Below, one piece after another: positions 21,263 to 31,680 of a stretch of 64,000 nucleotides of DNA. The stretch covers positions 14,536 to 78,535 of the forward strand of contig CAZFWC010000001.1 in NCBI GenBank assembly GCA_964522515.1, written 5' to 3'. Source of the DNA: an uncultured Gammaproteobacteria bacterium (GTDB lineage Bacteria; Patescibacteriota; Patescibacteriia; UBA2196). The notes beneath the pieces are model-generated. The model saw only the letters and a list, made by a program, of their open reading frames with translations, was not told where the DNA came from and did not search any database. The stretch's first letter is position 1; each line of letters starts with the position of its first letter. Made by a program: the position numbers and the translations under genes.

Positions 21263-22702
21263 TTAATTATTATTTTTATTATTAATTAATACAGTAATCA
21301 GACCCATGATTGTCCAATAAAAAATACTTGTTCCGTTAAACATTAAATAAATTGCAAAAAATATTCCAAAAATAGAAATTATATAAAATCCTAATAAAAT
21401 TAAACTTAAAAAATTATCTTTTTGTTTTAATGATTTTAATAAATCTTTTAGATGATAAAAATTAAACAAAATAAAAGGGATAAAACCAAGCAAACCAAGT
21501 TGAACCAACAAACTTGCAAAATCATTATGAATATTTCTAATGTCAATTAAATCAACAAAACCTCTGTATTCAAAATAAAATCGTTGACCAAGCCCAATTC
21601 CTAAAATCGGATTTGATAAAAATTTATTTAAAGCAATTTTCCAAGTTGCTAATCTCCAACCAGTAGCGCTTTCAGTGTTTGCGCCAATTTCAAAAAGCGT
21701 TTGTCCTCTGTTTAAAACTGATGAGAAAAAATTATTGTGCGCAAAAGTATATTCATTTCCAATAACACCATTAATCCAGAAAAAAAATAAGCTAATTAAA
21801 AAAATAATTAAAATAATAGTTAAGCTTAAATTAATAAACTTTGTTTTGTTTTTGAATGATAAAAAATTAAAAATTGTTAAAAAAGCTGTTGCTAAACCAA
21901 GCCACAAATGACGAAACATTCCGCCAATTAAACCAATAATTTGCAGTAAAAAAATAGTTAAATCGCTGAAAAAATTAAAAATATATTTTTTGTAAATCAA
22001 TGAAATTAATAAAATAATAATTGAAAAAGTTAAATAATATGAATGCAAACCAGAAAGATAACGAACCCCTGGTGTGATTTCTGACCAAAGTCCGTGTCCT
22101 GAAATTATTCCGTAAAACACAAATCCTAAAATTAAAATCCCTGTCCAAAAAAGAGTTTTAATTACGCGCATTATGTCTTGTTTATTTTTAAATAATGCAA
22201 TAACTAGAAAATAAACTAATAAATAGCTGTAATTTTTAAAAGTGCCAAGTGCCAATTCCGTGTTTGCATTTTTAAAAAATATACTAATTAATAAATTTAT
22301 AAAAATAAAAATAAAAAATATTATTAGCCAAAGATTTTTTTTATTGCTTAAGAAAATTTTTAAACTAAATTTTTTAATTGGTTGTTGAAACAACCAAGCT
22401 AAAAATGTAAAAATTAAAACAAAATCTAATGCGTAAACTTTGTAAATTGTTTCATTAATTTGAATTGGTAGCAAACTAAAATGTTCACCAAAAATCATTG
22501 TAACTAAAATTGCTGATAAAAATCCAGCTTGTGGTGTTTGCCAAATAAAAATAAATGATAAAATTAAAGCTCCAATATAAATAATAAAATAATTGCCAAT
22601 TATTAAATTGCTTAAAACTAGCAAACCTAAAAACACACTAATAATAATTGTGTTTAGTTCTGTTTTGCCAAAAGATTTTAGATTTTGAATTAAAGTTTGC
22701 AT
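21263..22702 (-). CDS. O-antigen ligase/polymerase (Wzy_C-like) membrane protein
   Basis: Many TM segments; R..W....NPILGIGLG and HNDF motifs. Confidence 0.8.
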   Translation of the reverse strand: MQTLIQNLKSFGKTELNTIIISVFLGLLVLSNLIIGNYFIIYIGALILSFIFIWQTPQAGFLSAILVTMIFGEHFSLLPIQINETIYKVYALDFVLIFTFLAWLFQQPIKKFSLKIFLSNKKNLWLIIFFIFIFINLLISIFFKNANTELALGTFKNYSYLLVYFLVIALFKNKQDIMRVIKTLFWTGILILGFVFYGIISGHGLWSEITPGVRYLSGLHSYYLTFSIIILLISLIYKKYIFNFFSDLTIFLLQIIGLIGGMFRHLWLGLATAFLTIFNFLSFKNKTKFINLSLTIILIIFLISLFFFWINGVIGNEYTFAHNNFFSSVLNRGQTLFEIGANTESATGWRLATWKIALNKFLSNPILGIGLGQRFYFEYRGFVDLIDIRNIHNDFASLLVQLGLLGFIPFILFNFYHLKDLLKSLKQKDNFLSLILLGFYIISIFGIFFAIYLMFNGTSIFYWTIMGLITVLINNKNNN

Positions 22703-22712
22703 AAATAAAACA

Positions 22713-23717
22713 TTATTTTTCACTTAAAAAATTAATTAAAAGTTTTATTATTATATCTTTTTGTTTTGGATCACTTTGGGCAGTGAGCAACGCCAATGCA
22801 ACAAGTGTGTTGTCATTTATTTTTTTCTCGCCGTCTTTTTTTAATAAATAATTATGTTTTGACAAAAAAACAATAAATAAAAAAGACGCAATTCTTTTAT
22901 TTCCATCAACAAAAGGATGGTCTTTAATTACAAAATATAAAAGGTGCGCTGCTTTTTCTTCAATACTTGGATAAAGTTCTTTTTTGTCAAAAGTTTGATA
23001 AAGTGAATTAATAATTTTTTCAAATTCTGCTTTTGCTTTTTCTTTACCAAAAAAATGACTTGCATTTTTTTGTTTTAGCAAATTTATTTTTAACTCAGTA
23101 ACTGCTGTTATAAAATCTTGAAGTTTTAATTTAATTTTACTTTTTTTTGTTTTTGGTGTTGGTATTTTTTCTTCATCGTATTTTTGCAATAAAATCCAAC
23201 TTTGAGCATAATCAGTTATTATTTCTAATAAACCTTGAGATTCTGATTTTAATATTTTTTTATTTTTTATTGTTTGTTTTATAAGTTCTACAGCATTTTC
23301 AAATTCGTCTAAGCCTTTTTCTTGTAATCTTTTTTTGTTTAAAATATAGCCGTTGAATAAATATTTTTTTAATACGGTTGTTGCCCAAATACGAAATTCT
23401 GTAGCTTTTTTTGAATTTACACGATAGCCAACAGAAATAACCATGTCTAGATTATACAAATTTATTTTTCTAATTTTTTTGTCTCCAGCAACTTGTTCCA
23501 AAATGGAACAGGTTATTTTTTTATCTAATTCTTTGCTTTTATAAATATTATTTATATGTTTTACTACTGCTGGTCTTTGCACATCAAAAATATTAGCCAT
23601 CTGACGGACATCTAACCAAATAGTTTCTTTTTCTAATTTTACTTCAAATTTAACAGAGCCTTTTTTAGGTCTATAAATTATAACTTTATTTTGTTGTTGT
23701 TTTTTTTGTTTTATCAT
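22713..23717 (-). CDS. RhuM-like N-terminal domain fused to Fic/Doc domain
   Basis: YNLDMVISVGYRVNS..ATEFRIWA and Fic motif HPFVDGNKRIA. Confidence 0.85.
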   Translation of the reverse strand: MIKQKKQQQNKVIIYRPKKGSVKFEVKLEKETIWLDVRQMANIFDVQRPAVVKHINNIYKSKELDKKITCSILEQVAGDKKIRKINLYNLDMVISVGYRVNSKKATEFRIWATTVLKKYLFNGYILNKKRLQEKGLDEFENAVELIKQTIKNKKILKSESQGLLEIITDYAQSWILLQKYDEEKIPTPKTKKSKIKLKLQDFITAVTELKINLLKQKNASHFFGKEKAKAEFEKIINSLYQTFDKKELYPSIEEKAAHLLYFVIKDHPFVDGNKRIASFLFIVFLSKHNYLLKKDGEKKINDNTLVALALLTAQSDPKQKDIIIKLLINFLSEK

Positions 23718-23757
23718 ATTTTAATTTTAACAATTTTTTGTTTTTAAAGCAAAAAAA

Positions 23758-23791
23758 GAACCCCGCTTGATGATTTTCAAGTCGGGGTTTA
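23758..23791 (-). terminator. Hairpin terminator
   Basis: aaccccg-cttga..tcaag-tcggggtt with adjacent A-run. Confidence 0.6.
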
Positions 23792-23824
23792 AATATATGT
23801 TTTAACCAGAGTCTCGAATTCTGG

Positions 23825-25819
23825 TTAGGGATTTTTTACAAAATATCCAGGATTGGTGTTGATTTGTGAAATACCAGATCCTTTTTGTAATTGATCCCAA
23901 TAAGCGAATCGTGGTTGAGTTCCGGATCCGCCAGATCCTTCCAAGCCAGGTGTTGCATCTTTCCAAAAAACTCCGTGGCTCAGTCGGGCGTCAGGAATAA
24001 CAAATTCAGTGTAATTTCCTTTGTCAGTTCCTTTAACCCAGTGATTTACAATCCAGCCAGTTGTTTCGTTTTGGTCAGAATCGTAAAGCTCCAGTCCGAG
24101 CCAATTTTCGTGTCCGTCACCAGAAAGTTTTACAACATTTCCAGACGCTTCCACTTTGAGCGGGTTAGCTGGTGTTTCTTCCTCTGCCAAATTAATTTCC
24201 ACCAGTGTCGTTTCATCAGCAACTGTCGTAAATTGTTTGGTTTGAGAAATCCAACCAGATTTTTCAACAGTTACTGAATGATTTCCGATGTTCAACCAGC
24301 TTATTCCTTCACCCCACGGTTGACCATTTAAACTAATGGTTGTGTGTTCCGGAGTGATTACTAAGTTGACCCAGGAGTCAGTAGTTGGTGTTGGTTGATT
24401 CCAATCAAATATGAACCAATTTTTGTAATCTATATTTGTTTCAAATGCAACACCAGAAATCATTTCCGGGTGACAGTCACTGTCTTTGTCGTACCAGTGA
24501 CCAGGATTGTCGACCAATGTGAATCTTCCGTAATCGGTGCAAGGTAGATTGTTTAGATAATATTTATACCAATCACCTTCAACTTGCATTTCAGAAAAAA
24601 ACACTTCAGTAATATTACACAAACTGGCATCAAATTTTACTTTTTCCCAGCCCAATTTTGTAACATTGGCTGAAAAATATAAATAATCTCCGTCACTTTT
24701 TGTTTTCCAGCATTCTGGTATCGGTTCAGGTTCTTCCTCTACCAAATTAATTTTCACTAAAGTTGTCTCATTAGCAACCGTAGTAAACTGTTTCGTTTGA
24801 GAAATCCAACCAGATTTTTCAACAGTTACTGAATGTTGACCAATACTTAGCCATCTTACACCCTCGCCCCAAAGTTGATCATTTAAATTAATGGTTGTGT
24901 TTTCTGGTGTGACCACTAAGTTGACCCAGGAGTCGGTGGTTGGTGTACAATTGTGGTCTAACTGAATTCGAAAGTCGTGTGTCCAATTTCCTGGACCGAC
25001 TTTTCGTGTTTCCAAAAATCCTAAATGATCTTCAGCTGTGGCGGACACAGTATAATCACCAGCTGGTAGATTCTCAATATGAACTGGAATATTTTTTTGC
25101 AAAGTCCCAGTCTGCAATCCATTATTAGGTCCTTTTACTTGGTAAGACGCAGTTTCAGGTCTTACAAGCAAAAGAGTTAGGCGACCAGTTGAGTCGGGTT
25201 CTGATTCTGACAAAACAACCAAAGTCGGATTAAAAGTCGTTGGTTGTTTTTTTAAAATTTCAAATGTTGTCACGAAATTTTGATAATTTTTCCGGCAAAT
25301 TTTTAAATCGTAGAAACCCACCTCAAGTGTGTCGCGAAAAGACGGCTGATCGTCCAAAATGTAGCCAATTAAATTTCCGCTCACCCAAACTTCGGCTCCG
25401 TTTGTGGTTTCATTTTTATTAACCACAAGGTAACCGTATTGAGTGGAGTCAATGGTTGTTGTGTCCTGCGTAGTTGTGTCAGGTTCAGCAACAACAACAG
25501 AATCCAATTCGTAGTGGTACCAACCTGGACCTATTTGGCTAACATTGATATTTTTGAAACCAGATTTTTTAATTACACCAATAATTTTTTCTTCCAAAGA
25601 AACTTGGAAAGAATCAGGTGTAACCAATGAATCAGATCCGTAGAAAAATTTGGCGTTTTGCGGAAAAGTTGAAAAACGGGCTAAATTTTTTGCAGATTCA
25701 TCAACTTTTTCAATTTTTTCTGGCTGATTTGGAGCTTTTTTTCCACAACCAACTACAACAAACAGAGAAATTGCCAAAATGGCAATTAAGACGAGATTTA
25801 AAAAATTTCGATTTAACAT
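23825..25819 (-). CDS. Lipoprotein with PEGA-like domains and an internal duplication of about 70 aa
   Basis: VVGC lipobox; PTTDSWVNLV...INL.EEE occurs twice. Confidence 0.7.
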   Translation of the reverse strand: MLNRNFLNLVLIAILAISLFVVVGCGKKAPNQPEKIEKVDESAKNLARFSTFPQNAKFFYGSDSLVTPDSFQVSLEEKIIGVIKKSGFKNINVSQIGPGWYHYELDSVVVAEPDTTTQDTTTIDSTQYGYLVVNKNETTNGAEVWVSGNLIGYILDDQPSFRDTLEVGFYDLKICRKNYQNFVTTFEILKKQPTTFNPTLVVLSESEPDSTGRLTLLLVRPETASYQVKGPNNGLQTGTLQKNIPVHIENLPAGDYTVSATAEDHLGFLETRKVGPGNWTHDFRIQLDHNCTPTTDSWVNLVVTPENTTINLNDQLWGEGVRWLSIGQHSVTVEKSGWISQTKQFTTVANETTLVKINLVEEEPEPIPECWKTKSDGDYLYFSANVTKLGWEKVKFDASLCNITEVFFSEMQVEGDWYKYYLNNLPCTDYGRFTLVDNPGHWYDKDSDCHPEMISGVAFETNIDYKNWFIFDWNQPTPTTDSWVNLVITPEHTTISLNGQPWGEGISWLNIGNHSVTVEKSGWISQTKQFTTVADETTLVEINLAEEETPANPLKVEASGNVVKLSGDGHENWLGLELYDSDQNETTGWIVNHWVKGTDKGNYTEFVIPDARLSHGVFWKDATPGLEGSGGSGTQPRFAYWDQLQKGSGISQINTNPGYFVKNP

Positions 25820-25865
25820 TTCAATACCTCCGTAAAGTTTATTTTTCGTTTCAGTTAATTATTTT

Positions 25866-26846
25866 TTAAAAATCAAAAGTTAAACTACAATATCCTGCCA
25901 TTCTTGTTTGGATTTCAGCAAAGCTGTCATCTGTTTCAAGAACAGCACTACCAAAATGAAGTTTAACTTTTTTCCACGACAAACCTGTTCCGATTTTAAC
26001 TCCGTAGGTCTGTAACGGATACTCAAGACTGTATTTCATCCGATTCAGTTCCTGTCCATAATATGCACCAGCTTCAATAAATATGGATTTAAAAACTGGA
26101 ATTAAAAGAAATGTCTCTGCAAAAATATCTGTTACCGCAGAATCGTCGTAGTGTGGTAAAAGTCCACCACCAAAATAAACTGCAGTTCCAGAATTATTTA
26201 AATTGAATTTTAATCCCCCACCAACTCCTTGCAAATCACGCCAAGAATCAAAAAAATTAATTCCAGTGTAACCCGCGTAAATTTGGATTGGATGGGTTGT
26301 TTTCTTTTTTTCCAACTCATCCAGTTGATTTTTAATCTTCTGGATTTCTTTGTCGTGAGTCAAATCAACCTTAGCTTGCTTTTTTACTTCAACTTCTAAA
26401 TCTTGCAAGCCACCTGTTAATTCTTCAATTTTTTCTGCGGTTTTATCAACTCGCAAAAAAACCAAAACTCCACGGCGAGGTCCAACTTTGCCGAAAAGGA
26501 TTTCCACATATTTAGCGCTTTTGGGAAATTGCTTTTTAATTTCCGCACCAGCCTCAACACCTCTGAATCCAGCTAAACCGTAATTTACAATTTTGCTGAA
26601 AGCAGGTGAAAATTTTTCGTATTCTGTTGAGCGACCTTCCACAGAAATCGTAAAGCCACCACTTTGTGCTAGACTGTCAAATCTTGTCAAAATTGTGTCG
26701 TCTTTTATCTTTTTTAAAAAAGGCATTTCCTTTCTCCAAGATTTCCACGCCTCGTCTTGAATAAATACAGAATCAACAATTTGACTAAATCCTGTATTTA
26801 TCAAAACAAAACTCAACATCAAAAATAAAAAAAATAACTTTTTCAT
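25866..26846 (-). CDS. Secreted protein with coiled coil and beta-barrel-like C-terminus
   Basis: Signal peptide; alternating aromatic/Gly strands; ends in F. Confidence 0.55.
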   Translation of the reverse strand: MKKLFFLFLMLSFVLINTGFSQIVDSVFIQDEAWKSWRKEMPFLKKIKDDTILTRFDSLAQSGGFTISVEGRSTEYEKFSPAFSKIVNYGLAGFRGVEAGAEIKKQFPKSAKYVEILFGKVGPRRGVLVFLRVDKTAEKIEELTGGLQDLEVEVKKQAKVDLTHDKEIQKIKNQLDELEKKKTTHPIQIYAGYTGINFFDSWRDLQGVGGGLKFNLNNSGTAVYFGGGLLPHYDDSAVTDIFAETFLLIPVFKSIFIEAGAYYGQELNRMKYSLEYPLQTYGVKIGTGLSWKKVKLHFGSAVLETDDSFAEIQTRMAGYCSLTFDF

Positions 26847-26955
26847 TTTCAGTTCTCCTTAGTTAATAAATTGTGAAATATTTTTTATATTTATTATTTA
26901 TTTCGTCACCACTACTCACAAAAATGAGTAGCAGGTGAAAAAATAAACACTAGAG

Positions 26956-27008
26956 CCTGTCCGCCGTAGTCCAGTAGTGTTTGTTAAGGGCGAAGGCGGG
27001 TTAGGCGA
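26956..27008. repeat. Single 45-nt hairpin unit plus TTAGGCGA tail
   Basis: cctgtccgccgtagtc...ggcgaaggcggg, directly abutting a stop codon. Confidence 0.85.
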
Positions 27009-28472
27009 TTAATAATAACTTTTTCCTGTTTCAAAAGTATTAAGTTCTGCTTCAGAAATTGTTAAAACATCTTCCCAAGCATTTTGATAACGCTCAAAAG
27101 CTGATTCAGTTGCAATCCATCTTTTTTCATTATTCCAAATCCAATAAACTTTATTTGAATCATTAGTTTTTAACATTGTTCCATCAGGATATTTTGACCA
27201 AGCGTAAAATTTTTCGTCAGTCGTTTCATATTGATTAACTTCTTCCCAAGAAACAGAAATAATTGGATGACTTTGATATCTTGCTAAAGCTTGCATATCA
27301 GAAATATGCATTTTTTGATTTTGAGAAATTACAAAAACTTTATTATCAGGCGCTTGTAAAAGCTTACCTTCTTTGTAATATTTAATATTATAACCAGCAA
27401 TTTTTCCTGTCAAGTTGCCTTTTTTTTCAAACAAAGGTTGATTTTTGTAAGCTAAATAATTTTGATTTACGAAATAAGGATTCATTGCCCACTGGTGAAG
27501 AATAAATTCATCAATTCTACCAATTGAGAAAAATTTTCCATCTTCATTGTAGTCATTTCCAATTCTAAAACTTGAACAACCAGTTGCGTTATCATAATTA
27601 TTTGTGTCAACGCGTTTTCCATCAATAAATAAATTCACTTCTCCATTAAATTTACCTTCCCAAGTTAAAGTAAGAAAATGCCATTCATTAGTTCCCCAAT
27701 TTTTATTATCTAAAATATATTCAACAGATGGTAAATTTTCTAAATCATTTCCACCAGCCCAACCAATAATTTTTTTATTAAAATCATCATTTGAATCGCC
27801 AACTTCATAAGCTAATTTGTAACGATTATCATTTGTTTGCCAAATCACAGAACTTTTATCAAATTTATCAAAAGCAATCCAAGCAGTTACTGACCCAAAA
27901 CCAGAATTAAAAGTTTTGTCGCAAGTGTACTGCAAATAACTTTTAGCTGAATTAATTTTTAAAGCATTATTTACAAAACCTTTTTGGTTAAAATCCAAAG
28001 CCCAAGCGTCTTTTATTTTGCTTGGATTTAAACCATTAATATTTTTCCAATAATTATCAAAAAGCAAAGCAAAATAATTTTGATAAACAGTTAGTTGTGG
28101 TTTTGTTCCAGTTGTTTTAAAACTACCAGATTTTTCCAAGCGCTGATCATTTAAATCAAGAGCAACGATTGTATAATAATAAGTTGTGTTAGAATCTAAA
28201 ACTTTTAAAGTTGCAGAATGATTTTTTGTGGACGCGCTTGTTTCAACTAAAGTTCCGTTATTGTGCGTGTCAAGTCCGTAATAAATTTTAGTTGGCGCGC
28301 TTAATCTAGTTTGCCAAGTAATTTTAGCTCCTTGATTGTATTCTTTAATTTCAATATTATCAATTCGTTGATAATTTGAAGCTTCAGCTTGTCCAATTTT
28401 TATTGGAGTAAAAGCAAATCCTACTGCTAGAATTAAAATTACGATTGTGAATTTTGTATTAAAATTTTTCAT
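27009..28472 (-). CDS. Secreted protein with FN3-like and LamG-like domains
   Basis: ITWQT..H...L..L..NTTYYY; WHFLTLTW..LFIDG..GRIDE. Confidence 0.7.
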   Translation of the reverse strand: MKNFNTKFTIVILILAVGFAFTPIKIGQAEASNYQRIDNIEIKEYNQGAKITWQTRLSAPTKIYYGLDTHNNGTLVETSASTKNHSATLKVLDSNTTYYYTIVALDLNDQRLEKSGSFKTTGTKPQLTVYQNYFALLFDNYWKNINGLNPSKIKDAWALDFNQKGFVNNALKINSAKSYLQYTCDKTFNSGFGSVTAWIAFDKFDKSSVIWQTNDNRYKLAYEVGDSNDDFNKKIIGWAGGNDLENLPSVEYILDNKNWGTNEWHFLTLTWEGKFNGEVNLFIDGKRVDTNNYDNATGCSSFRIGNDYNEDGKFFSIGRIDEFILHQWAMNPYFVNQNYLAYKNQPLFEKKGNLTGKIAGYNIKYYKEGKLLQAPDNKVFVISQNQKMHISDMQALARYQSHPIISVSWEEVNQYETTDEKFYAWSKYPDGTMLKTNDSNKVYWIWNNEKRWIATESAFERYQNAWEDVLTISEAELNTFETGKSYY

Positions 28473-28554
28473 AAATTTTTTATTATTTTTTTTACCCCTG
28501 TGAAATAATTCCGAGAATTCGGGATTCCAGCTTTGCTGGATTTAACAGGGTAAA

Positions 28555-29193
28555 TTAATTATTAAAATTATTATAAATATTATTTTCTAATTTTTTATTT
28601 ATTTTATAAAATATATTAGCTAAACTTAAAATTAATCCAATCACTAAACCAAAAAATATATTTAAAATAATATTCGGACGCGCGGGATAATTTGAAGTTA
28701 AAGGTTCATTTACAATTTTAATAACAACGCTTGAACCACTTCCGTGATATTCATTTGAATCATTTATTAAAATAAAAGCTACTGCATTTGCAATTTTGTT
28801 TGATTGAATTTTATTTTTATCAAAAACATCAACTCTTAAAATGCTACTTTCTTGTAAAAGATTTGCGCTAATTTTTTTGTTCCAAACTGTTCTTAAATCT
28901 TTTTCATTTTTTGGCAGTTTGTTTTTATCAATATTAAAATTAGTATTTAAAACTTTACTTAAAAATGATTTTGTTTTAATCACAGATATTAAAGTTTGGG
29001 CTAATTTTTCAGAAGCGCGAGCAGATTGATACGAATCCATATTAGCAGATTGCTTTTGAATAATCAATAAATCAACGCGAGTTCTGTATTCTAGAGGTTT
29101 AATTAATGACAAAATTAATGACAAAACAACCATTATTAATGTTGTAACTATAATTGTTTGCCAGTGATTTTTTATTGTATTTAAGTAATTCAT
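28555..29193 (-). CDS. Polysaccharide chain-length determinant (Wzz/CapA-like)
   Basis: N- and C-terminal TM segments; P..P..PNI.LN motif. Confidence 0.8.
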   Translation of the reverse strand: MNYLNTIKNHWQTIIVTTLIMVVLSLILSLIKPLEYRTRVDLLIIQKQSANMDSYQSARASEKLAQTLISVIKTKSFLSKVLNTNFNIDKNKLPKNEKDLRTVWNKKISANLLQESSILRVDVFDKNKIQSNKIANAVAFILINDSNEYHGSGSSVVIKIVNEPLTSNYPARPNIILNIFFGLVIGLILSLANIFYKINKKLENNIYNNFNN

Positions 29194-29360
29194 AAAGAGT
29201 ATTTAACTAAAATTAGCCAAAAATTGTGGAATTAATTATGTTTTCCACAGGTGATTTGTTAATTTAATATATTATCATATTATTAAAAAAATGTCAAGAA
29301 AATAAAAAATCCATACAATGAAATATAGACTTTTTATAAAATTTTTTAGAATGGCAATAT

Positions 29361-30167
29361 TTACTTTGTCAAAATTTCACTTCCTTTTTCAGTTACTAAA
29401 ATTGTGTGTTCAAAATGCGCAGCTAAGGAATTGTCTTCGGTTTTAAACGCGTTAGTTTTTTTATCAACAACAACATCTGGATTCCCAGCTGTAACCATTG
29501 GCTCAATTGCTAAAGTCATTCCTGATTTTAAAATCGGACCAGTTCCTTTTTTCCCAAAATTTGGAATTTGTGGAGGCTCGTGCAATTTTTTTCCAACCCC
29601 GTGCCCAACTAATTCATAAACCACGCTAAATTTATTTTTTTCAACAAATCTTTGAATTTCATAAGAAATATTACCTAAATAAATTCCTGGTTTTATTTTT
29701 TTAATTGCTAAATCCAAAGATTTTTTAGTTACACTCAGAAGTTTTTTTGTTGAATGAGAAATTTTTCCAATTGAAACTGTTTTTGCCATATCTGTAATCA
29801 TTCCATTCCCTCCTTCGCCAAGCCTGCCTGACGGCAAGGCAGGGCTACAGCGGGCAGGTTTTGCAGGATATCTTAATCCAATATCAATACTTAAAATATC
29901 TCCATCTTGTAAAATGCGATTTGGAATTGCTGGCGCGTGCACAACTTCATTATTAATACAAGTACAAATCGCTGTTGGAAATCCTTGATAACCTTTAAAT
30001 ATTGGCCAACCATTTATTTTTTTTATTTCTTTTTCCGCTAATTCATTTAGTTCTTTTGTGCCAACACCAATATCAGCTTTTTTAATAAGCAAATTTAAAA
30101 TTCGCGCTAAATGTTTTCCGCATTCTCGCATTATTTCAATTTCTTTTGGGGTTTTTATGATAATCAT
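29361..30167 (-). CDS. map: Type I methionine aminopeptidase with a 51-nt nested insertion
   Basis: GHGVG..LHEPP, AIEPM, AAHFEHT motifs. Confidence 0.95.
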   Translation of the reverse strand: MIIIKTPKEIEIMRECGKHLARILNLLIKKADIGVGTKELNELAEKEIKKINGWPIFKGYQGFPTAICTCINNEVVHAPAIPNRILQDGDILSIDIGLRYPAKPARCSPALPSGRLGEGGNGMITDMAKTVSIGKISHSTKKLLSVTKKSLDLAIKKIKPGIYLGNISYEIQRFVEKNKFSVVYELVGHGVGKKLHEPPQIPNFGKKGTGPILKSGMTLAIEPMVTAGNPDVVVDKKTNAFKTEDNSLAAHFEHTILVTEKGSEILTK

Positions 30168-30417
30168 TTTTTTCTTAATGTCATCCCGAGTTTTGATAGA
30201 ATTTTTTAGGATTGGGTCAAGGCGATGGGATCCCGTTTTTATACAAATAATTCTAATTTAAACCAACACTGCGAATTTTTAATTATTTATTTTTATCTAA
30301 TATTAATTTAAAAAATAGTTTTCCACAGTTTCGGGCTTGACTTCTTCTTCTTTTGCTAGACTTAAAATTGATTAAAATAATTCACAATTAAATTTAATTT
30401 AAATGGAGGAAGTTAAG

Positions 30418-30648
30418 ATGAAAAAAGGATGTTTAATTATTTTGATTATATTTATAATCAATCTTACAATTGGTGGTTTTGCCACAGAATATATAGTTGA
30501 ATTTTGGGGATCTGTTGTTAAAGAACAACCAGTTGATGTTCCTTTTGCTCCGTGCGTTGTAGCAGGATTATTTTTAGGAGAAGCAACTATCCCGTTGGCA
30601 GCCTTAACTTGGATTTTATCGTTTGTTGTAGATCGCCCAACGAAATAG
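30418..30648 (+). CDS. Small membrane hypothetical protein
   Basis: GGAGG SD precedes ATG at 30418; hairpin terminator at 30677-30705. Confidence 0.6.
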   Translation: MKKGCLIILIIFIINLTIGGFATEYIVEFWGSVVKEQPVDVPFAPCVVAGLFLGEATIPLAALTWILSFVVDRPTK

Positions 30649-30851
30649 AAATAAATTTTACAACATCAAATACTCAAAGTCCTCAATTTTTTAGGGGACT
30701 TTTTTATTTTCAAAAAATAATCAAGCACGCGAATTTCCAGAAGCGAAAAAGTAAATGATTTTACTTTTGAGACAGAATAAACCAGAATTTAAATTCGCGT
30801 CAATTTTAGGTAATTCTGGAAATTCGCGTTCTATTTTATTTACTTAATTTT

Positions 30852-31502
30852 TCAATTTTTTAATCCCAAGCTAGAAAATATATCTCTCTTAACCTTCTCA
30901 ATACTTTGCTCACCATTTATTTCAATTAACAAATTTTTATCACGATAATATTCAACAACTTCTTCTGTTTCAGTGTGATAAATTTTTAATCGTTTGCGAA
31001 TTGAATCTTCTGTGTCATCTTCACGAATTTCTAATTTTCCACCGCATTTATCACAAATATTTTCTGTTTTAGGAGGATTAAATTTAATGTGATAAATCTC
31101 ACCACATTTAGTGCAAGTTCTGCGACCAGACAAACGATAAATTGCTTCATCATCTGAAATATTAACTAAAATTACAGAAGAAATATTTGTGACTGTTTCA
31201 ATAAATTTAGCTTGAATAATTATTCTAGGAAAACCATCAAAAATAAAACCATTTTTGCAGTCGTCTTTTTTTATTCTGTTTTTTGCTAATTTGTGCGCGA
31301 TTGAATTTGGAACAAGCTGTCCTTTGTTCATAAATTCTTTTGCTTGTTTTCCAATCTCTGTTTTGTTTTCAATTTCATTTCGTAAAAGTTGACCAATTGA
31401 AATATTTGGAACAATTAATTTTTTAGATAAAAATTCAGCTTGTGTTCCTTTGCCAGATCCTTGTGGTCCAAGAATAATTATTTTATGGATTTTGTTTTTC
31501 AT
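30852..31502 (-). CDS. adk: Adenylate kinase
   Basis: GPQGSGKGTQA, DGFPR and Zn-lid Cys motifs. Confidence 0.95.
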   Translation of the reverse strand: MKNKIHKIIILGPQGSGKGTQAEFLSKKLIVPNISIGQLLRNEIENKTEIGKQAKEFMNKGQLVPNSIAHKLAKNRIKKDDCKNGFIFDGFPRIIIQAKFIETVTNISSVILVNISDDEAIYRLSGRRTCTKCGEIYHIKFNPPKTENICDKCGGKLEIREDDTEDSIRKRLKIYHTETEEVVEYYRDKNLLIEINGEQSIEKVKRDIFSSLGLKN

Positions 31503-31680
31503 ATAATTTATTTTAACATTTGCGTATTTAATTTGCAATAAAAAAACAGGCAAAATCAAAATGCCTTTTTTTATTCGCATTATTAGTTTAAATTAGCACT
31601 ATTCGCATTTTACAGACCCTTCCGCCCCGACCCAATCCTAAAAACTCTGTCGGAATTCAGGATGACAAAATAAATAAAAA

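Noticed and set aside
24177-24946. Two similar segments of about 210 nt in the PEGA lipoprotein gene as a DGR TR/VR pair
   Set aside because: Differences are mixed and often synonymous rather than adenine-specific, both copies are coding, and no reverse transcriptase is present; this is a domain duplication
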